A DNA stretch of 63,429 nt, filler included, from Perkinsus olseni (lineage: Eukaryota), in the NCBI GenBank assembly GCA_013115125.1. It is 54 parts of 54 records of this genome, joined end to end, with 100 filler letters (N's around TTAATTAATTAA, not from the genome) between each part and the next. Parts side by side here need not be neighbours in the genome. Positions count along the whole stretch, not along the records: positions 61,223 to 62,276 come from JABANN010002156.1; positions 62,377 to 63,429 come from JABANN010002157.1; 52 more parts are not named here. One strand, given 5' to 3'. Each line of letters opens with the position of its first letter. The first letter of the stretch is position 1. Both the position numbers and the translations under genes were made by a program. The notes beneath the pieces were generated by a model. That model saw only the letters and a list, made by a program, of their open reading frames with translations, was not told the DNA's origin and searched no databases. Shown piece by piece: positions 61,123 through 63,429 of this stretch.

Positions 61123-62376
61123 NNNNNNNNNNNNNNNNNNNNNNNNNNNNNNNNNNNNNNNNNNNNTTAATTAATTAANNNNNNNNNNNNNNNNNNNNNN
61201 NNNNNNNNNNNNNNNNNNNNNNCTAGCAACACTCGCAGCTGAGCTGCTAGACGTTTAACATAAGGTCCGGGGGTATTGGGCTGCGGTGGAGATCATTTAA
61301 ATCGGCGATAATTTCAGTCTCGTACAGTGAGCAGTCCATATGGCAATAGAACACGGCGGTGGATCATGGTTTCGAGGGAATTATGTGAAGGAGGTCAAGC
61401 AGAGGTTAAAGGAGAGAGGGCAATGAAGGGGTGATGACGATGTGGGAGGCTTGTGCGGCCCGGGCAGCTCTCCGATGGAGAATGCTGCCCGGGCCGCAAC
61501 ATTGACGTTGTGACCGTGTGGTTGCGCATTGACTCGGCGGGTTTCAAAATGGAGGACACTCAATCGCTGGGCCTCATTCGTACTAGCAGACATGTCATGC
61601 CCGTCTTCGCGACGAAACCGATAGGCAAAAACATGCGAGGCGGCACCTCCTAGCTCAACCAGGAACTGTTGGCCGGGCCAACTTGGCCCAAGCACTGCTT
61701 GGGTGCCATCGCGTAATGATGGTACATGACAGGGAGTGATTCATCAGTCGGAAGCATCACGCAATCACAGCTGTACACAGGACCACTAACAGAGTCGAGT
61801 TCGGAACCCGAACGCCGAACACCGAAGCCCAACCCGGCCGCCATGGCGTGCGCTTTCTTGTTTGTGTTGGCGCGCGCCTCCAAACACGGGTTTCGCAGGT
61901 AGAGGCGCATCCAACAAGCTTCAACCTCTCAGACAGTAGGACGCGGATCTTATCGCAGTTTGGGATATTCTTGCCAATTTTCGTGCGAAATATGCCTCAT
62001 TTAAGGCCTGCACAACTTGCGAACGAAAATTGTCAAACGTGCGCCATTTCGGCGGCGGAGCGTAGTTCTGTCTCTTTTGTGCGCCACGTCACCCGAATTT
62101 CCCATGAGAAATGGTTGGTTCGTGGGGTGGATGTTTTCGTTTGACATGAGCCTTCGCAGGATAACTTGTGTGCATGATAGAAGTGTTCATGCAAAGTTTG
62201 AGGAAAAAGTATCGGCGAATTTCGAAAATCGCTCTGAGTCGATGCAGATGTAATATGGTTGTTTCCGGTGGCAGAGNNNNNNNNNNNNNNNNNNNNNNNN
62301 NNNNNNNNNNNNNNNNNNNNTTAATTAATTAANNNNNNNNNNNNNNNNNNNNNNNNNNNNNNNNNNNNNNNNNNNN

Positions 62377-63297
62377 GTCATTGTAGGTAACATGAGGTCC
62401 CGTGATGATTTGCTCTATAGGCTCCCCTGACACCCTGTAAACCATCAGCTTCCCTTCCAGCCCTTCTGGAGTTCCGGTGATGTCTAATGCCATACCGTCG
62501 AATTCACTCGTGTCAAACTTATTCACCAACTTGCCAGTTCTTGGCAGGATGATCCGCGTTAACACTGAATGCCCTCGCAATAGAGCTGCTGACGGCGCAG
62601 CCGCAATAGCTGTGTCGTTGAGAAAGGCAGGTCGGAACATCGGGTGAACTTCCTTGAGACTTGTCGAGTTCAGACGTTTGAGTGGAACCGGGTGAACAAG
62701 CTTGATCCCCCCCGTGCTCAAATCTTTTTCTCTGCTCATGTATACAGTCCACTGAGTCCCTAAATTGCATATAATCATTCTTCTGGCTCCCTTCATCCTG
62801 TACATAGTGGGTATCATGAGTGCGGCGTAGATCCCTATCACTGCAGTGGAGAACCTGTCGGCTTCTTCCCCCCTAGCTGGCCGGAACGCCAGGCACTTTC
62901 CAGTGCTTGTAGTATTCCGATTAGATGATCCCGAATCTCTCTCATCTGCTTTGACCGCGAAATAATCGCTCATCGACAACAAGAGATCGTGTTCATATAA
63001 GGACCTTGCTAGCCTCAGCTTGACTTCACTGTGCTCCCCCTGTTCGTCGTCCCTCGCATGGAGTTGGATGCCTGTCAAACGTCCTATACCTTCAATCGGT
63101 CCCTGGTTAGCGTATATCCCAGCTGGGAGCTTCAGAGGGCGTCCGTCGCTTGAGATGACTACGGAGGCGAGAAGGAAGAACAAGACAGGGAACGACACTG
63201 TTGAAGGTTTGCAGATGATGGAAAGTTTTCCTTGGAAACCATGCATTACGCAGCTCGAAGAACAGTTCAAGCGCCCGCCCTGGTGGCAACCCTGCAA
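62377..63297 (-). CDS. Hypothetical secreted protein, 3' truncated, start codon uncertain
   Basis: Open frame of about 300 codons with the hydrophobic FPVLFFLLASVVISS segment before LPAGIY. Confidence 0.6.
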
Positions 63298-63429
63298 ATC
63301 CTGCAGTTGATCCTAGCATGGAAAGGTTCGATGAGTTGATCGATGTCGTTGACGTTAAATGTTTGCATGATGAAGGTATTGATTATTCGCCTCGTCTTGC
63401 TAATTTGGGCCAGTTCATAAGGTTCATGG

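Overview
This is not a contiguous locus. It is 54 unrelated short contigs, sorted by length from about 1102 down to about 1053 bp, joined by 53 synthetic 100-bp spacers (N44-TTAATTAATTAA-N44, stops in all six frames). ORFs that end in X...LIN are therefore truncated by the spacer, and adjacency across a spacer means nothing. The DNA is eukaryotic: it has 40-60 nt GT-AG introns, CBP20, glucosidase II alpha and a tRNA-Ile(AAT). Intron size, the RRM type and the repeat families suggest an alveolate such as Perkinsus (my inference, not verified). About half the contigs are transposon fragments: Ty3/gypsy-like, BEL/Pao-like, DIRS-like and non-LTR retroelements, plus MULE, hAT, Tc1, PIF/Harbinger and CACTA-type DNA elements. 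The rest are partial host genes. Best findings: (1) a conserved -1 ribosomal frameshift cassette (TCG GGA AAC, 6-nt spacer, GC stem) at the gag/protease junction of three different LTR families; (2) a CACTA-terminated element whose two ends, on different contigs, appear to split one MULE transposase with no target duplication; (3) a Tudor-like domain at an integrase C-terminus and an RRM-like domain at a Gag C-terminus; (4) a lysine-type phosphoglycerate dehydrogenase; (5) a perfectly palindromic contig. All family calls come from motif recognition by eye; no searches were run.
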